A stretch of DNA of 64,000 nucleotides from Candidatus Aenigmatarchaeota archaeon (GCA_016932735.1 JAFGCI010000001.1:132183-196182); one strand, 5' to 3'. Shown: positions 26,777 to 37,060, numbered from the stretch's first letter. The notes: generated by a model from the sequence alone, not told the origin. Made by a program: numbers and translations.

Positions 26777-27193
26777 ATGGGACTTTTTTCTAATAAGGGC
26801 GAGATAGAAGAATTGAAACTGAAGATGCCCATTAAAGCGGAGTTTGTTGCTTTGGTATCAAATACCCTCAACGAGGATTTCGAGGAAGAATTGCTTGAAG
26901 GAAATTACATCATGATTTCAAAATCAAAAGTAATTGCAATCACTAACCCTGAAGTTATAATTCACAGAGACCCCAACCAGGTAGAGGTACAAAAGGAAAA
27001 CCTTGAAGTAAGGGGTGAGAATCTTGTAGGTCTTGGAGAAAGCTGGATAAATAAGGAAATATTGGGGAAGCTGATAGAGGCCTTCGTACTTTATGAAAAG
27101 AATTACAGAATGTTCATCAATCCGAGAACGCCCTTTCCGCTCCTGATAACCACATATGACGGAAATGTTAGCATTGCACCTGTCGTAGCCTGA
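26777..27193 (+). CDS. Hypothetical protein
   Basis: 138-aa ORF starting 2 nt after nnrE. Confidence 0.7.
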   Translation: MGLFSNKGEIEELKLKMPIKAEFVALVSNTLNEDFEEELLEGNYIMISKSKVIAITNPEVIIHRDPNQVEVQKENLEVRGENLVGLGESWINKEILGKLIEAFVLYEKNYRMFINPRTPFPLLITTYDGNVSIAPVVA

Positions 27194-27224
27194 CTTATTT
27201 AAACCGTCCATACAATCCCTAATC

Positions 27225-27473
27225 ATGATACCGGTCCATAGGCTTCTCCTTAAATTCCTGGGTGACAGGCAGACAGATAAAAGCGAGTTCGAGATAGTCG
27301 TTGCAGATCCTGCCGGACGGCTGTCATACTATAATCTGGAAGACGTCATGGTGGATGAAAGCAATCCGGAGACATTCACATTCATCGATGAGGATGACAG
27401 CTTCATTAAGATATCGTATTCGGATGTCAGGAAAGTATTAAGGAACGAGAAGCCGGTCTGGGAGAAAGGGTAA
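27225..27473 (+). CDS. DUF504-like small protein (divergent)
   Basis: MIPVHRLL N-terminus and VRKVLRNEKPVWEK C-terminus resemble DUF504. The IPxHR motif is replaced by ISYSD. Confidence 0.55.
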   Translation: MIPVHRLLLKFLGDRQTDKSEFEIVVADPAGRLSYYNLEDVMVDESNPETFTFIDEDDSFIKISYSDVRKVLRNEKPVWEKG

Positions 27474-27477
27474 ATAT

Positions 27478-27771
27478 CTACAAAGGTTTACCTTTATACC
27501 TGTCGTCAATGTCTCCATGTTTTCCCATTGTAACTTTCATTGCATCTCTTGCTAAAAGAGTTGTTGTTCTAAAGAAGAACCTGCTTACAGGCTTCATTTC
27601 AGACTCTATTTCTCTGATGTTATTCAATTGTTTTCTGGCAGCCTCGAAAACAGTCTTCTTGCCATATTTTACATCAAGATTCATATGATATAGAGCTGCT
27701 CCTGCCTGTAAAATATTTCCTGCGCCAACATAAATTCCTGCCAGTATGCCGGCAATTCCTAACGGGTGCAT
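27478..27771 (-). CDS. Hypothetical protein with N-terminal hydrophobic segment
   Basis: 97-aa ORF, no competing gene. Confidence 0.55.
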   Translation of the reverse strand: MHPLGIAGILAGIYVGAGNILQAGAALYHMNLDVKYGKKTVFEAARKQLNNIREIESEMKPVSRFFFRTTTLLARDAMKVTMGKHGDIDDRYKGKPL

Positions 27772-27848
27772 AATTAACTACTGGAAAATATACATATATT
27801 CACAATTCAATCGATTATAAAACCTTTCCAGTATAATATAATTGGATT

Positions 27849-28100
27849 ATGAAAGGTAATGGAAAGCATTTTGCGTATGTCTGGGGAGACTTAATTAACG
27901 GTTACGCTAATTTATTAGTCGTTGGAAAAGAAGGCCCTTTCGAGACAGGTACGGAGGAATCAATAATAGCGGAAGTGAGAAAGCTGAAGAGTAAAGGATA
28001 TAAAATCTTTATGGGAGAAAGACCTTTATATGGAGAAAACGGAAGAATAGAAAAAACAGAAAAGGCGACACTATCATCACGTTTTGATTTAGAAATATAA
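27849..28100 (+). CDS. Hypothetical protein
   Basis: 83-aa ORF, TTATAAA about 35 nt upstream. Confidence 0.55.
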   Translation: MKGNGKHFAYVWGDLINGYANLLVVGKEGPFETGTEESIIAEVRKLKSKGYKIFMGERPLYGENGRIEKTEKATLSSRFDLEI

Positions 28101-28191
28101 AACCGTATTGGAACACTTTATAGTCTCGGATATTTATATATGAAACCGGTATGCACAGTTCCTTATTTAAATTTTTATTTTAAGTACTTGC

Positions 28192-28464
28192 ATGGGAAGA
28201 GAACATAAATACATTGTGACCTTCAGGCAGACAAGAGAAATGTATCTGCCGTCTTTCTGCCATCTGGTAAGAGAAGGAGCAACGCAATCCGGCTACATAT
28301 TTGAGGGATTCTCCGGATTCGTGCCAGACCCATCCAAAGGAATATTTGAATTTTATGTCTCAGGTAAAGCGAGGCCGGAAAATAACAAACGACTTAAAGG
28401 AAATCTGGCGATTTATGGAGTAATAGAGAAATCTGAAAAAATCCAAAACCCCTTGAAAGAATAA
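28192..28464 (+). CDS. Hypothetical protein, possible ACT-like fold
   Basis: 90-aa ORF, TTTAAA upstream, beta-alpha-beta-beta-alpha-beta hydrophobicity pattern. Confidence 0.55.
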   Translation: MGREHKYIVTFRQTREMYLPSFCHLVREGATQSGYIFEGFSGFVPDPSKGIFEFYVSGKARPENNKRLKGNLAIYGVIEKSEKIQNPLKE

Positions 28465-28514
28465 ATCAAAAATAGCGAATTGCTTAAAAAGGCTAATTCT
28501 CTTAATAAATACCC

Positions 28515-29447
28515 ATGAAGAGCGTCAACACAGGAATATTCCATGATTCGTCAGGAGAGCTTCTGTCGCTTCTTGGAAAGAAAGGCACGATGACAGATAT
28601 CCAGTTCTCAAACCGAAAAGAAGGGGATGTCTTCTATGCCTTCCTTGAGCCGAGGGAAGACAAGCTCTCGGCCAAGTGCCAGATTATACAAACAATGGAC
28701 ATCGCGGTACTCTGCATAGACCAGATAACATCCGAAGTGGGCGAAACAATACTGCTTCTTGATGCGATGAAAAAGAATCTCGGTATAATGATTCTTTCAG
28801 ATGTGGTCGATAAAGAAATGCTTTCCAAAGTTACAAAGGGCACTGTGGTTTCCGGCTATAAAGAGGTCGGAAGGGACTTCAACCAGATAATAGAAGCCAT
28901 AAACTCTTTTGAAATCAAGAGGAATGACAGCCTGAAAAAAGTCGTCGAGGTGGACCAGTTCTTCAATGTAAAAGGCGTTGGGACGGTAATCCTTGGTTTT
29001 GTCAAACAGGGAACCATCAACAAGTTCGACAAGCTGAAGATGCTTCCTCAGGGAAAAGAGATTGTCGTGCGTTCCATCCAGATGCACGATAAGGACTTCG
29101 ACTCAGCAAACGACGGATGCAGAGTTGGCCTAGCCCTTAAGGGCGTCGAAGCTGAAGAGTTCACTAAAGGAACACTACTTTGCGAAGACGGAACCGCTGA
29201 ACTCGTAACGGAAGTTCAGATAGAATTCAAAAAGAACAAGTTCTTTTCTGGAGCAGCCGAAGCGGGAAAAGTCTTTCATGTATCCCATGGAATGCAGTTT
29301 CCGCCACTTAGTATAAAATCGATTGATGGAAACAAACTTGTCTTAGAATCAAAAAACAAGATGGCAATACGAAAGAATCAAAGAGTCGTTCTGATAGACT
29401 TGAATGCTCCTAAATTACATTTGGTCGGGAGCGGAAAAATACTATAA
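28515..29447 (+). CDS. SelB/EF-Tu-like protein with degenerate G domain
   Basis: LGKKGTMTDI, VDQFFNVKGVGTVILG, VRSIQMHDKD, RVGLALKG (EF-Tu domain II). No GxxxxGK[ST] P-loop. Confidence 0.85.
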   Translation: MKSVNTGIFHDSSGELLSLLGKKGTMTDIQFSNRKEGDVFYAFLEPREDKLSAKCQIIQTMDIAVLCIDQITSEVGETILLLDAMKKNLGIMILSDVVDKEMLSKVTKGTVVSGYKEVGRDFNQIIEAINSFEIKRNDSLKKVVEVDQFFNVKGVGTVILGFVKQGTINKFDKLKMLPQGKEIVVRSIQMHDKDFDSANDGCRVGLALKGVEAEEFTKGTLLCEDGTAELVTEVQIEFKKNKFFSGAAEAGKVFHVSHGMQFPPLSIKSIDGNKLVLESKNKMAIRKNQRVVLIDLNAPKLHLVGSGKIL

Positions 29448-29660
29448 CTTCTTCCATACCATCGATTTCTTTTCGGGAGAGAACCTTCCTTCGACCTTCT
29501 TCTCCCCGCGAAGCTTGATGAGAGCGAAATTAACCTTGTCCATGCATTCGGAGCGGCTGCCTTCCTTTCTGAGAGTGTCCTCAATTTCTGTCGTTGTCTT
29601 CTCTCCCTCATCGAGCAGCCTCATGATTATTATCTCGATGTCCTCTTTGCTTAAAGTCAT
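29442..29660 (-). CDS. Small winged-helix DNA-binding protein
   Basis: IIMRLL..GEKTTTEIEDTL...VNFALIKLRGEKKVEG...MVW. Confidence 0.7.
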   Translation of the reverse strand: MTLSKEDIEIIIMRLLDEGEKTTTEIEDTLRKEGSRSECMDKVNFALIKLRGEKKVEGRFSPEKKSMVWKKL

Positions 29661-29720
29661 ATGGCATCTTTATAGCTCAATAATATATGAATACTTATAT
29701 ATTATGATGTGATTTCATAG

Positions 29721-29788
29721 TCAATATGGCAATTCGCTTTACATTTGATTCATGTTTGCAAAGCCAAATGTGAAGCTCTCCATATTGA
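29721..29788 (+). promoter_or_regulatory. Long hairpin in the intergenic region upstream of the PINA gene
   Basis: TCAATATGG 29721-29729 / CCATATTGA 29780-29788. GCTTTACATTTG 29736-29747 / CAAATGTGAAGC 29765-29776. Confidence 0.55.
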
Positions 29789-29845
29789 TTGCTAGCTAAG
29801 CAAAAGCATAAACTAATCAATTAATGGTTAGAAAAAGGTGAAAAA

Positions 29846-31660
29846 ATGTTTAATAAACACAAGAAAATAGTACCGGATACATCCGTTCTCATAACAAGGA
29901 AATTATCGGAGCTTGTTTCTGAAGGAAAATTATCCGATGTAAAGATCATAATTCCAAGGTTCGTGATGGATGAGCTTCAGGCTCAGGCATCGCGCAGCCG
30001 CGACACCGGATTTCAGGGTCTTGCAGAAGTGAAGGCACTAAGAGACCTTCCCAGAAAATACAAGATAGAAGTCACGATTGACGGAAGGCTTCCGACGGCT
30101 GAAGAAATAAATTTAGCCAAGAAAGGAAGGCTGGATTCGCTGATAAAGGAATTCGCCGGAAAAGAGAAAGCGCTTCTTATCACAAGCGATTACGTACAGG
30201 CGATTGTCGGCGAAGCGGAAGGCGTCGCCGTCCAGCATTACCCAAGCGCACATCCGCAGATTGTCGGTATCGAGAAGTTCTTTGATGAGAACACACAGTC
30301 GGTTCATCTGAAAACCGGCGTAATCCCTGTAGCAAAGAAAGGGAAGCCGGGATCAGTAAAGCTTGCAAAACTTTCCGATAAGCCCATTACAGAAAAGGAA
30401 ATAAAAAAGATTGTCGATGACATAATGTCCAAGCAGAGGAAGGAAGAAGATTCGTTTGTCGAGATGAATCGTGGCGGAGCTTCCGTTATCCAGCTCGGCG
30501 ACTACAGGATTACAATTACGAAGCCGCCTTTCTCGGACGCGCTGGAAATGACGGCTGTAAGGCCGATAGCAAAGAAGTCGATTGATGACTACAAGCTGAA
30601 AAAAGAAATTATTGACAGGATTACCGGGACATCCCAGGGAGTCCTCATTTCGGGAGCTCCGGGAAGCGGGAAGTCGACCTTCGCTGCAGCTGTCGCTAAC
30701 ATGCTTTCCGGAATGGAAAAGATTGTAAAAACATTTGAACAGCCAAGAGACCTTCAGGTCGTCCCGGAGATAACGCAGTACGCGCCTCTTCTCGGAAGCT
30801 GGGAGAAGACTTCGGAGATACTTCTTCTGGCAAGGCCGGACTACACTGTCTTCGATGAAGTCAGGACGACTGATGATTTCCGTGTCTTTGCTGACATGCG
30901 CCTTGCAGGCGTCGGAATGATAGGAGTCGTCCATTCGACAGACCCAGTATCTGCCATACAGAGATTCGTCGGAAGGATTGAGCTTGGAATGATTCCGCAC
31001 GTAATGAACACAGTCATTTTCATAGAAGCGGGACATGTGAAAAAGATTTACGATGTCTCGCTATCTGTCAGAGTCCCGACAGGGATGAAGGACGACGACC
31101 TTTCAAGGCCGGTCGTTGATATCAAGGACTTCGACACGGGAAAACTTGAATACGAGATATACACGTTCGGGGAAGAAAATGTAGTTATCCCGATTAAAGA
31201 TGCAAAGAAAACAGCGGGGGAAAGCCCGCTGAAAAAACTTGCAGCTGAAACCCTCTACAGGAAACTTTCAAACATAGATAGGAACATGAAAGTCGAGGTC
31301 TTAAGCGATAACAGGATTCTGATAAAGGTCAGAAACGATCTCATTGCAAAGATAATAGGAAAGAAGGGCGCCAATATCGAGAAGCTTGAGCAGGAGATAG
31401 GCTTTAACATATCCGTTGAACCCATTGAGGAAACGATGAAAAAGGAAGCAAAGTTTCAGGCCTTCGAGAAGGGAGCAAGCTATTATATCGACCTAGGACA
31501 CGAATCCGGAGGGCGTTTCGTGGACGTCTACGACGGAAAGAGCCTGATCTTCTCTGTTGAAGTCGGGAAGAGGGGAATGATTAAGGTCAAGAAGAAGTCC
31601 GAGATAGGAAGAAAGATTCTAAGCGCAATGGCTTCTGACAGGATGAAGGTTTATTACTGA
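29846..31660 (+). CDS. PINc/VapC-family ATPase with KH domain (PINA)
   Basis: PIN VPDTSV, Walker A GAPGSGKST, RPDYTVFDEVR, DMRLAGVGMIGVVH, KH IIGKKG. Confidence 0.95.
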   Translation: MFNKHKKIVPDTSVLITRKLSELVSEGKLSDVKIIIPRFVMDELQAQASRSRDTGFQGLAEVKALRDLPRKYKIEVTIDGRLPTAEEINLAKKGRLDSLIKEFAGKEKALLITSDYVQAIVGEAEGVAVQHYPSAHPQIVGIEKFFDENTQSVHLKTGVIPVAKKGKPGSVKLAKLSDKPITEKEIKKIVDDIMSKQRKEEDSFVEMNRGGASVIQLGDYRITITKPPFSDALEMTAVRPIAKKSIDDYKLKKEIIDRITGTSQGVLISGAPGSGKSTFAAAVANMLSGMEKIVKTFEQPRDLQVVPEITQYAPLLGSWEKTSEILLLARPDYTVFDEVRTTDDFRVFADMRLAGVGMIGVVHSTDPVSAIQRFVGRIELGMIPHVMNTVIFIEAGHVKKIYDVSLSVRVPTGMKDDDLSRPVVDIKDFDTGKLEYEIYTFGEENVVIPIKDAKKTAGESPLKKLAAETLYRKLSNIDRNMKVEVLSDNRILIKVRNDLIAKIIGKKGANIEKLEQEIGFNISVEPIEETMKKEAKFQAFEKGASYYIDLGHESGGRFVDVYDGKSLIFSVEVGKRGMIKVKKKSEIGRKILSAMASDRMKVYY

Positions 31661-31705
31661 CTATAAAATAGTTAAATTTATATTTAACAAAGAATATTAA
31701 ATATA

Positions 31706-32659
31706 ATGAAAACTTCACCTGAAGTGCTGATAATAACACCCTACAGGGCAGATAATAAAGAAAGAATGAGATTATTTCAGGAGAGAACAAAAGAGAGCGT
31801 TCTTACTCAGTCTTTCATGAATTTCCACTGGTTAGTTGTTGACGACGAATCTCCCATACCCGCAGAAGAAGCCTTAAGAGGAGTCAGGGATTCGAGAGTT
31901 GAGGTTTTCAGAAGACAAAGAAAAACTGGAGATATTTCAACAGCATCGAATGGCATTAACGAAGGCTTCAGAGTTCTTTTTCAGGATTCACGATTTTCTG
32001 ATACACCTTTCGTATCAGCACTGCATTCAGACGATATGTACACGGAAAACGGCCTTAATCTCAAGGTGGATGCAATGAGAAAGGATGAAAGGGCCGGTTT
32101 CCTTTATACAAAACTTAAAATAGAGAATCTTAACGGCGGATATCCTTATTTAAAATTCATTCATAATGGTGAGACCGAACCGGATAAATTAAGAAAACTT
32201 GTATGGATTTCCGGACTTCCTTATATGAGCATGCTTTACAGAAAAGGCTTCATAGCAGATGTGAACAGCCAACTGCAATATCCGGAGAAACATGACTTTG
32301 GCATATGGGACCCTTTGATTAGATTCGGTGAAGATAGAGAAATGGCTCTCCAATGCATAAACGCTGCGCAAGATTGTGGTTGGAAAATAATATCTTTGCC
32401 ATATGTAACGGCTACTTATACAACTCATGACAATTCAATAACAGGAACCACTGGCAGAAAAAGCATAAGAGCTGACAATGAAAGGATAGTAAGAAGACAT
32501 TACGACAGGTTTACACGAGACGAAAAGGCAGAAATGATTATCAAGGATGCATTATGCTATAAAAGATACATAAGATGGCTACCCGACAAAATAAAAAACC
32601 CTTTGAAATATGCAAGAAATTGTATCAGATATCATATGCAGAAGAATCAATTTGCATAA
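31706..32659 (+). CDS. Family 2 glycosyltransferase
   Basis: SVLTQS, WLVVDDES, ALHSDD, GED. Confidence 0.85.
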   Translation: MKTSPEVLIITPYRADNKERMRLFQERTKESVLTQSFMNFHWLVVDDESPIPAEEALRGVRDSRVEVFRRQRKTGDISTASNGINEGFRVLFQDSRFSDTPFVSALHSDDMYTENGLNLKVDAMRKDERAGFLYTKLKIENLNGGYPYLKFIHNGETEPDKLRKLVWISGLPYMSMLYRKGFIADVNSQLQYPEKHDFGIWDPLIRFGEDREMALQCINAAQDCGWKIISLPYVTATYTTHDNSITGTTGRKSIRADNERIVRRHYDRFTRDEKAEMIIKDALCYKRYIRWLPDKIKNPLKYARNCIRYHMQKNQFA

Positions 32660-32665
32660 TTTGCC

Positions 32666-33409
32666 TCAGAGCCAAATCAGTCTCAGAGGAACTTCCGCCT
32701 TCTTTATTGTCACTATGTCGCCCTCGCCTATTTTGAACGTGTACTGGTCCTGCCCATCGATGCTCAGCTCAGCTTCGTCATTCAAAGGAATCACTGTTAC
32801 ATGAGCCGCCGATAATGCCGGGCCTTTCTTGAGCGAGCCTTTGTAAGGTGCGACAGCGCAGACGCCGAATCTTCCTTCAAGGAAATCTGCAGGCCGGACA
32901 CCGGCAGAACCCGCGAATGCGGTTGAGCCCTGCGATGTGTATGCAAGTATTGCGGTATTCATCTCAAGCGAAGTCTTGTTGTCAATCGTGAGTTCAGAAT
33001 GAAGCATTTTTCTCGTGTAAAGAGCGCTCACTATCACTTCGTTTACAGCCGCAGCGTTAACCGGCTCTTTGTTTATTTCAGCAGCGAGTCTCATTAATTT
33101 TCTTATGGAATAGTCCTTGCCTTCAAAACCAAGGATAGTTTTCTTAACCTTCTCCATGTAGTCGCCGGGACCTGCTGCAAGGTAATGTCCCACGGAATCG
33201 CCGCCGTTTATGCCGAGAATCGGGCAATGAAAATCATTCTGGTAGTGAAGAAGCGTCCCGTCGCCGCCTATTGTTATCACGAGGTTTATATGTTCCTCTT
33301 TTTTGTCTGTGTGCCCGACTTTATTATCATCAAGGAACTTCTCTATGTTTTTCCTTATATCGTCATACATGTCCGGCTTGGTCGCGATAAAGACCTTAGT
33401 GAAGCGCAT
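32666..33409 (-). CDS. nadK: NAD(+) kinase
   Basis: ITIGGDGTLL, ILGIN, AVNE, GSTAF..SAG, IDGQ. Confidence 0.88.
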   Translation of the reverse strand: MRFTKVFIATKPDMYDDIRKNIEKFLDDNKVGHTDKKEEHINLVITIGGDGTLLHYQNDFHCPILGINGGDSVGHYLAAGPGDYMEKVKKTILGFEGKDYSIRKLMRLAAEINKEPVNAAAVNEVIVSALYTRKMLHSELTIDNKTSLEMNTAILAYTSQGSTAFAGSAGVRPADFLEGRFGVCAVAPYKGSLKKGPALSAAHVTVIPLNDEAELSIDGQDQYTFKIGEGDIVTIKKAEVPLRLIWL

Positions 33410-33470
33410 AATACCACATTGAAATATTGTTTGGGGCGCTTAAATAACGGCTACATATTTAATTTCGATT

Positions 33471-34292
33471 CTATTTATGGACGAACTTTATCGGGGAACT
33501 AATAGCTGTCTTTGAGTCGGCTATAAACTTGTCCGGGTTTCTACGGTAGCTTTCATAAACATATTCCATCTCTTCAAGTATGCGTTTATCGAAAGACATT
33601 CTTCCCCATATTCTCGTGTAGCAATTCCCCATAAATTTCATGGCTTCTTGAGAAATCTCGTATTGGCGCCGCCCAATATTATCCGGTCGGGAAGGTTTTA
33701 TTAGTTTCTTTTTGATTAGTGGACACAAGTCATATATACCGGGGTATCCAAAAATACCGGTCTTAGATAATCGGGAAATCCTTTCCTCGCTGTAAAGATT
33801 GCTGCCGATGTCGGGTTTGCATTCAGTTATTCTGGAAGCAAGAACAAGAGTTCCATGTCTTACACCCTGGTTAAAACCGGGAGACTGGTTATTCTCAGCC
33901 GCTTTTTTTACATTAAAAGCTGCAAGATTTCTTGCAAATCGGAAGAATCTGCTATTGACTGGTTCTATTAGCCAGTCATTATCTTTATAGACATATGCAA
34001 TTTTCCCGCAATTCAGAAGCTCCGAACGGCTGACACCATTATAGGGTCTTCGGTATAGATTTACTGCGTTTATATGGTGGGGAGTAAAATGTTTTCCAAA
34101 AGCCTCTTCAATAGATTCCAATTTTTTCAGGTTTTCGATATTCCCAAGAAGAAAGAATACCGGCATTTCGGATCTTCCGTATAGCAACATGCATACAGGG
34201 TCAGCCATCTTCCAATCGCTCATATAGTCCATCGTGTCTCCGCCAAGACCCCTGACATACTTTCTTCCGAATATTCTGGGTTTCGACAGCAT
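33471..34292 (-). CDS. Hypothetical protein
   Basis: 273-aa ORF, no recognisable motif; start uncertain. Confidence 0.6.
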   Translation of the reverse strand: MLSKPRIFGRKYVRGLGGDTMDYMSDWKMADPVCMLLYGRSEMPVFFLLGNIENLKKLESIEEAFGKHFTPHHINAVNLYRRPYNGVSRSELLNCGKIAYVYKDNDWLIEPVNSRFFRFARNLAAFNVKKAAENNQSPGFNQGVRHGTLVLASRITECKPDIGSNLYSEERISRLSKTGIFGYPGIYDLCPLIKKKLIKPSRPDNIGRRQYEISQEAMKFMGNCYTRIWGRMSFDKRILEEMEYVYESYRRNPDKFIADSKTAISSPIKFVHK

Positions 34293-34361
34293 ATGTGTTC
34301 ACAGTTTCTATTTCCAAAAGAAGAAATTAAAGGACGAATTGTTCCATGAAATTATGCCTTA

Positions 34362-35090
34362 TCAGAAAACACATTTCTCCCCGTTCTTGCTGAGCCATTT
34401 ATCCCTTTCTTTGTAATCGGGAATGACCTTTCCGACAAGCTCCCAGTACTTCTTTGAGTGATTGAAATGGACCAGATGAGCCAATTCATGAACACATACA
34501 TACTCCAGAATCTCATCTGGAGCAAGCAGAAGCCGCGAGGAAATCGTGATGTTTCCGTGCCTTGAGCATGAGCCCCATCTTGAGCTCATGTTCTTGAACT
34601 TTATGTCCCCCAGCTCCTTCCGGAAGAAAAGATTGTTAAGAAGGTTGATTTTGTTCTGGAGCCGGGGAAGCCTTCTCTGTGCGACAATCTTTGCAAGAAC
34701 GCTTGATATATGCTTCTTCCGATCTTCTTCGGGTATCGCTTCCGGAATATTCAGCCGGATTATATTGCCTAGTATGTTCCCAGAGGCGCTCTTCCTTTTT
34801 GTGTAATCTATTCTCAGCGCGAACTTCTCACCGCCAATGTCTATGACGTCCTGATTCCTGTATTCCCGCGTATATGGGGGTTTGTATCTTTCAGGGTTCT
34901 TTCTTATCCTCTGGATAGCCCATTCCCTGAACTCATCAAGATGCTTCTGGCGCTCGGCCTTGTTAGCTCTTGATGAAAGGCGGATAGTGACAACATTGTT
35001 CTGCATGGAAGCAGTTGAGCTCCATTTCCTGTGCATCAGAACTTTCAGGATGTATTTGTTCCTGCCGATAAAAAACTCTTCAGTCTGCAT
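34362..35090 (-). CDS. YgjP/DUF45 (SprT-like) zinc metalloprotease family
   Basis: SRWGSCS, YVCVHELAHLVHFNHSKKYW. Confidence 0.92.
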   Translation of the reverse strand: MQTEEFFIGRNKYILKVLMHRKWSSTASMQNNVVTIRLSSRANKAERQKHLDEFREWAIQRIRKNPERYKPPYTREYRNQDVIDIGGEKFALRIDYTKRKSASGNILGNIIRLNIPEAIPEEDRKKHISSVLAKIVAQRRLPRLQNKINLLNNLFFRKELGDIKFKNMSSRWGSCSRHGNITISSRLLLAPDEILEYVCVHELAHLVHFNHSKKYWELVGKVIPDYKERDKWLSKNGEKCVF

Positions 35091-35112
35091 ATTTAATTAT
35101 GGCTTCAATATT

Positions 35113-35571
35113 TCAAAAATCAATCCTGAAATCTTCCTTTATGACATTGAGGACTACATGCGTTTCTGTCCTTTCTATTGAAGGGAGAGCTAGAAGCGAT
35201 TTCACAAAGCCATTAAGATCGCTTCTTTTCTTAAACCTGGAGATAACTATTGCGTCAGCACGCCCGGTGACATCATAGACAGCAAGAACGCCTCTTTTTC
35301 TCGAGATATCCTTTTCGGCTTCCACGAGCTTTCCTTTGGATGCGAATATCTCTGTTATGGCTGTCATCTCGTATCCAAGCTTTTCATGGTCTAGAATAGC
35401 GGAATAGTTCCTTATTATCCCTTCCTTCTCCATCTCATCTATCTTTCTGGAGACGGTTGTTATGGAGGCGCCAAGAGCCCTTGATAAAGTTCTTAGGGAG
35501 CGCCTTGAATCCTTCTGGAGTTCTTTTAGGATACCGCTCTCAACCCTGTTTTGGACTTTCATACGTATCAC
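35113..35571 (-). CDS. Lrp/AsnC family regulator
   Basis: ILKELQKDSR HTH, EKEGII, LGY, YDVTG..D RAM domain. Confidence 0.93.
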   Translation of the reverse strand: MIRMKVQNRVESGILKELQKDSRRSLRTLSRALGASITTVSRKIDEMEKEGIIRNYSAILDHEKLGYEMTAITEIFASKGKLVEAEKDISRKRGVLAVYDVTGRADAIVISRFKKRSDLNGFVKSLLALPSIERTETHVVLNVIKEDFRIDF

Positions 35572-35728
35572 AAAAATACTATTATATCAGAATTTATGGA
35601 ACAAATGAAAATAAATACTTTATTTAAGATTACAAATGAGACCCAAAAGATGACATTGGTTAAAATATATACAAAAATAATATCAGGATAAGTTTGAATA
35701 CTTCTCGGGATAGTTAAGAGGTTTTGGC

Positions 35729-37060
35729 ATGAGCTATGAAGACGTATTAAAGAGAGCCGAAAATGACGGGATAAAATTCATATATCTGCAGTTTACCGAT
35801 ATGTTCGGAACTGTAAAAAACGTGACCATTCCTGTCGAAAAGCTTCCTGAGGCGCTCGAAAGAGGTATATGGTTTGACGGATCCTCAATTGAGGGATTTG
35901 TAAGGATACATGAAAGCGACCTTTTCCTTAAGCCGGACACAGAGACTTACGCAGTCATCCCGTGGGAGGAAAGAGATGAGAAGACAGCAAGGTTCATTTG
36001 CGATGTTTTCAGGCCTGACGGAAAACCATTCGAAGGCGATCCAAGGCATATCCTGAAGAAAGCCGTCAGCGAGATTAACGGGATGGGACTGGAATATTAT
36101 GTAGGTCCGGAGCTGGAATTCTTCATATTCAGGAAAGAGAACGGAAACATAACCCCTGTAACTCATGACAAGGCAGGCTATTTTGACTTCTCCTCGGACT
36201 TAGCATCCAACATAAGAAAAGACATGACTCTTTGCATGGAGCAGATGGGAATATCTATAGAGGCGAGCCATCACGAGGTCGCATGGGGCCAGCATGAAAT
36301 AGACTTCAGATACGGGAAGGCCGTAGCAACCGCAGACAATGCAATAACATTCAAATTTATTGTAAAGGCAATCGCGGCCAAATATGGGCTTTACGCAACC
36401 TTTATGCCAAAGCCTATACAGGGAATAAACGGCTCCGGAATGCATGTGCATCAAAGCTTATTCAATATGAAGACAGAAAAGAATGTCTTTTTCGACAGCA
36501 AAGATCGCTACAAGCTCTCGGAGATGGCCTATTCATTCATAGCAGGGCAGATGCAACACATAAAGGGAATGTCAGCCATATTGTCGCCCACGGTAAATTC
36601 CTACAAGCGCCTCCTACCAGGTTATGAAGCCGCCTGCTATATATCATGGGCACAGATAAACAGGTCAGCACTGATAAGGATACCGAGATATTCTCCAGGG
36701 CGTGAGGACTCTACAAGATGCGAGTTGAGATGCCCTGACCCTTCATGCAATCCATATCTTGCCTTTGCAGTGATGCTGAAAGCAGGAATTGACGGCATAA
36801 AGAAGGGAATGAAGCCACCTGAGCCAGTCGAAGAGAACGTCTTTGATTTCGATGATTCAAAGCTTGCCGAAAGAAACATAGAGGTTCTGCCTTATTCGCT
36901 CATTGATGCGGTTAAAGAGATGAGAAAGAACGAAGTTGTAAAAGAAACGCTTGGCAATTACCTCTTTTCAAAATATATTGATGCCAAAATGGAGGAGTGG
37001 GACTCTTTCCGTATATCTGTCACGGACTGGGAGACGAAGAGGTATTTAGAAAAGACATAA
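35729..37060 (+). CDS. glnA: Glutamine synthetase type I
   Basis: WFDGSSIEGF, HHEVA.GQHEIDF, FMPKP..GINGSGMHVHQSL, NRSALIRIP, ELRCPD. Confidence 0.97.
   Translation: MSYEDVLKRAENDGIKFIYLQFTDMFGTVKNVTIPVEKLPEALERGIWFDGSSIEGFVRIHESDLFLKPDTETYAVIPWEERDEKTARFICDVFRPDGKPFEGDPRHILKKAVSEINGMGLEYYVGPELEFFIFRKENGNITPVTHDKAGYFDFSSDLASNIRKDMTLCMEQMGISIEASHHEVAWGQHEIDFRYGKAVATADNAITFKFIVKAIAAKYGLYATFMPKPIQGINGSGMHVHQSLFNMKTEKNVFFDSKDRYKLSEMAYSFIAGQMQHIKGMSAILSPTVNSYKRLLPGYEAACYISWAQINRSALIRIPRYSPGREDSTRCELRCPDPSCNPYLAFAVMLKAGIDGIKKGMKPPEPVEENVFDFDDSKLAERNIEVLPYSLIDAVKEMRKNEVVKETLGNYLFSKYIDAKMEEWDSFRISVTDWETKRYLEKT

Noticed and set aside
29721-29788. SECIS element near the SelB-like gene
   Set aside because: No GAA/A internal loop of the archaeal SECIS type, and no in-frame UGA selenoprotein candidate seen nearby
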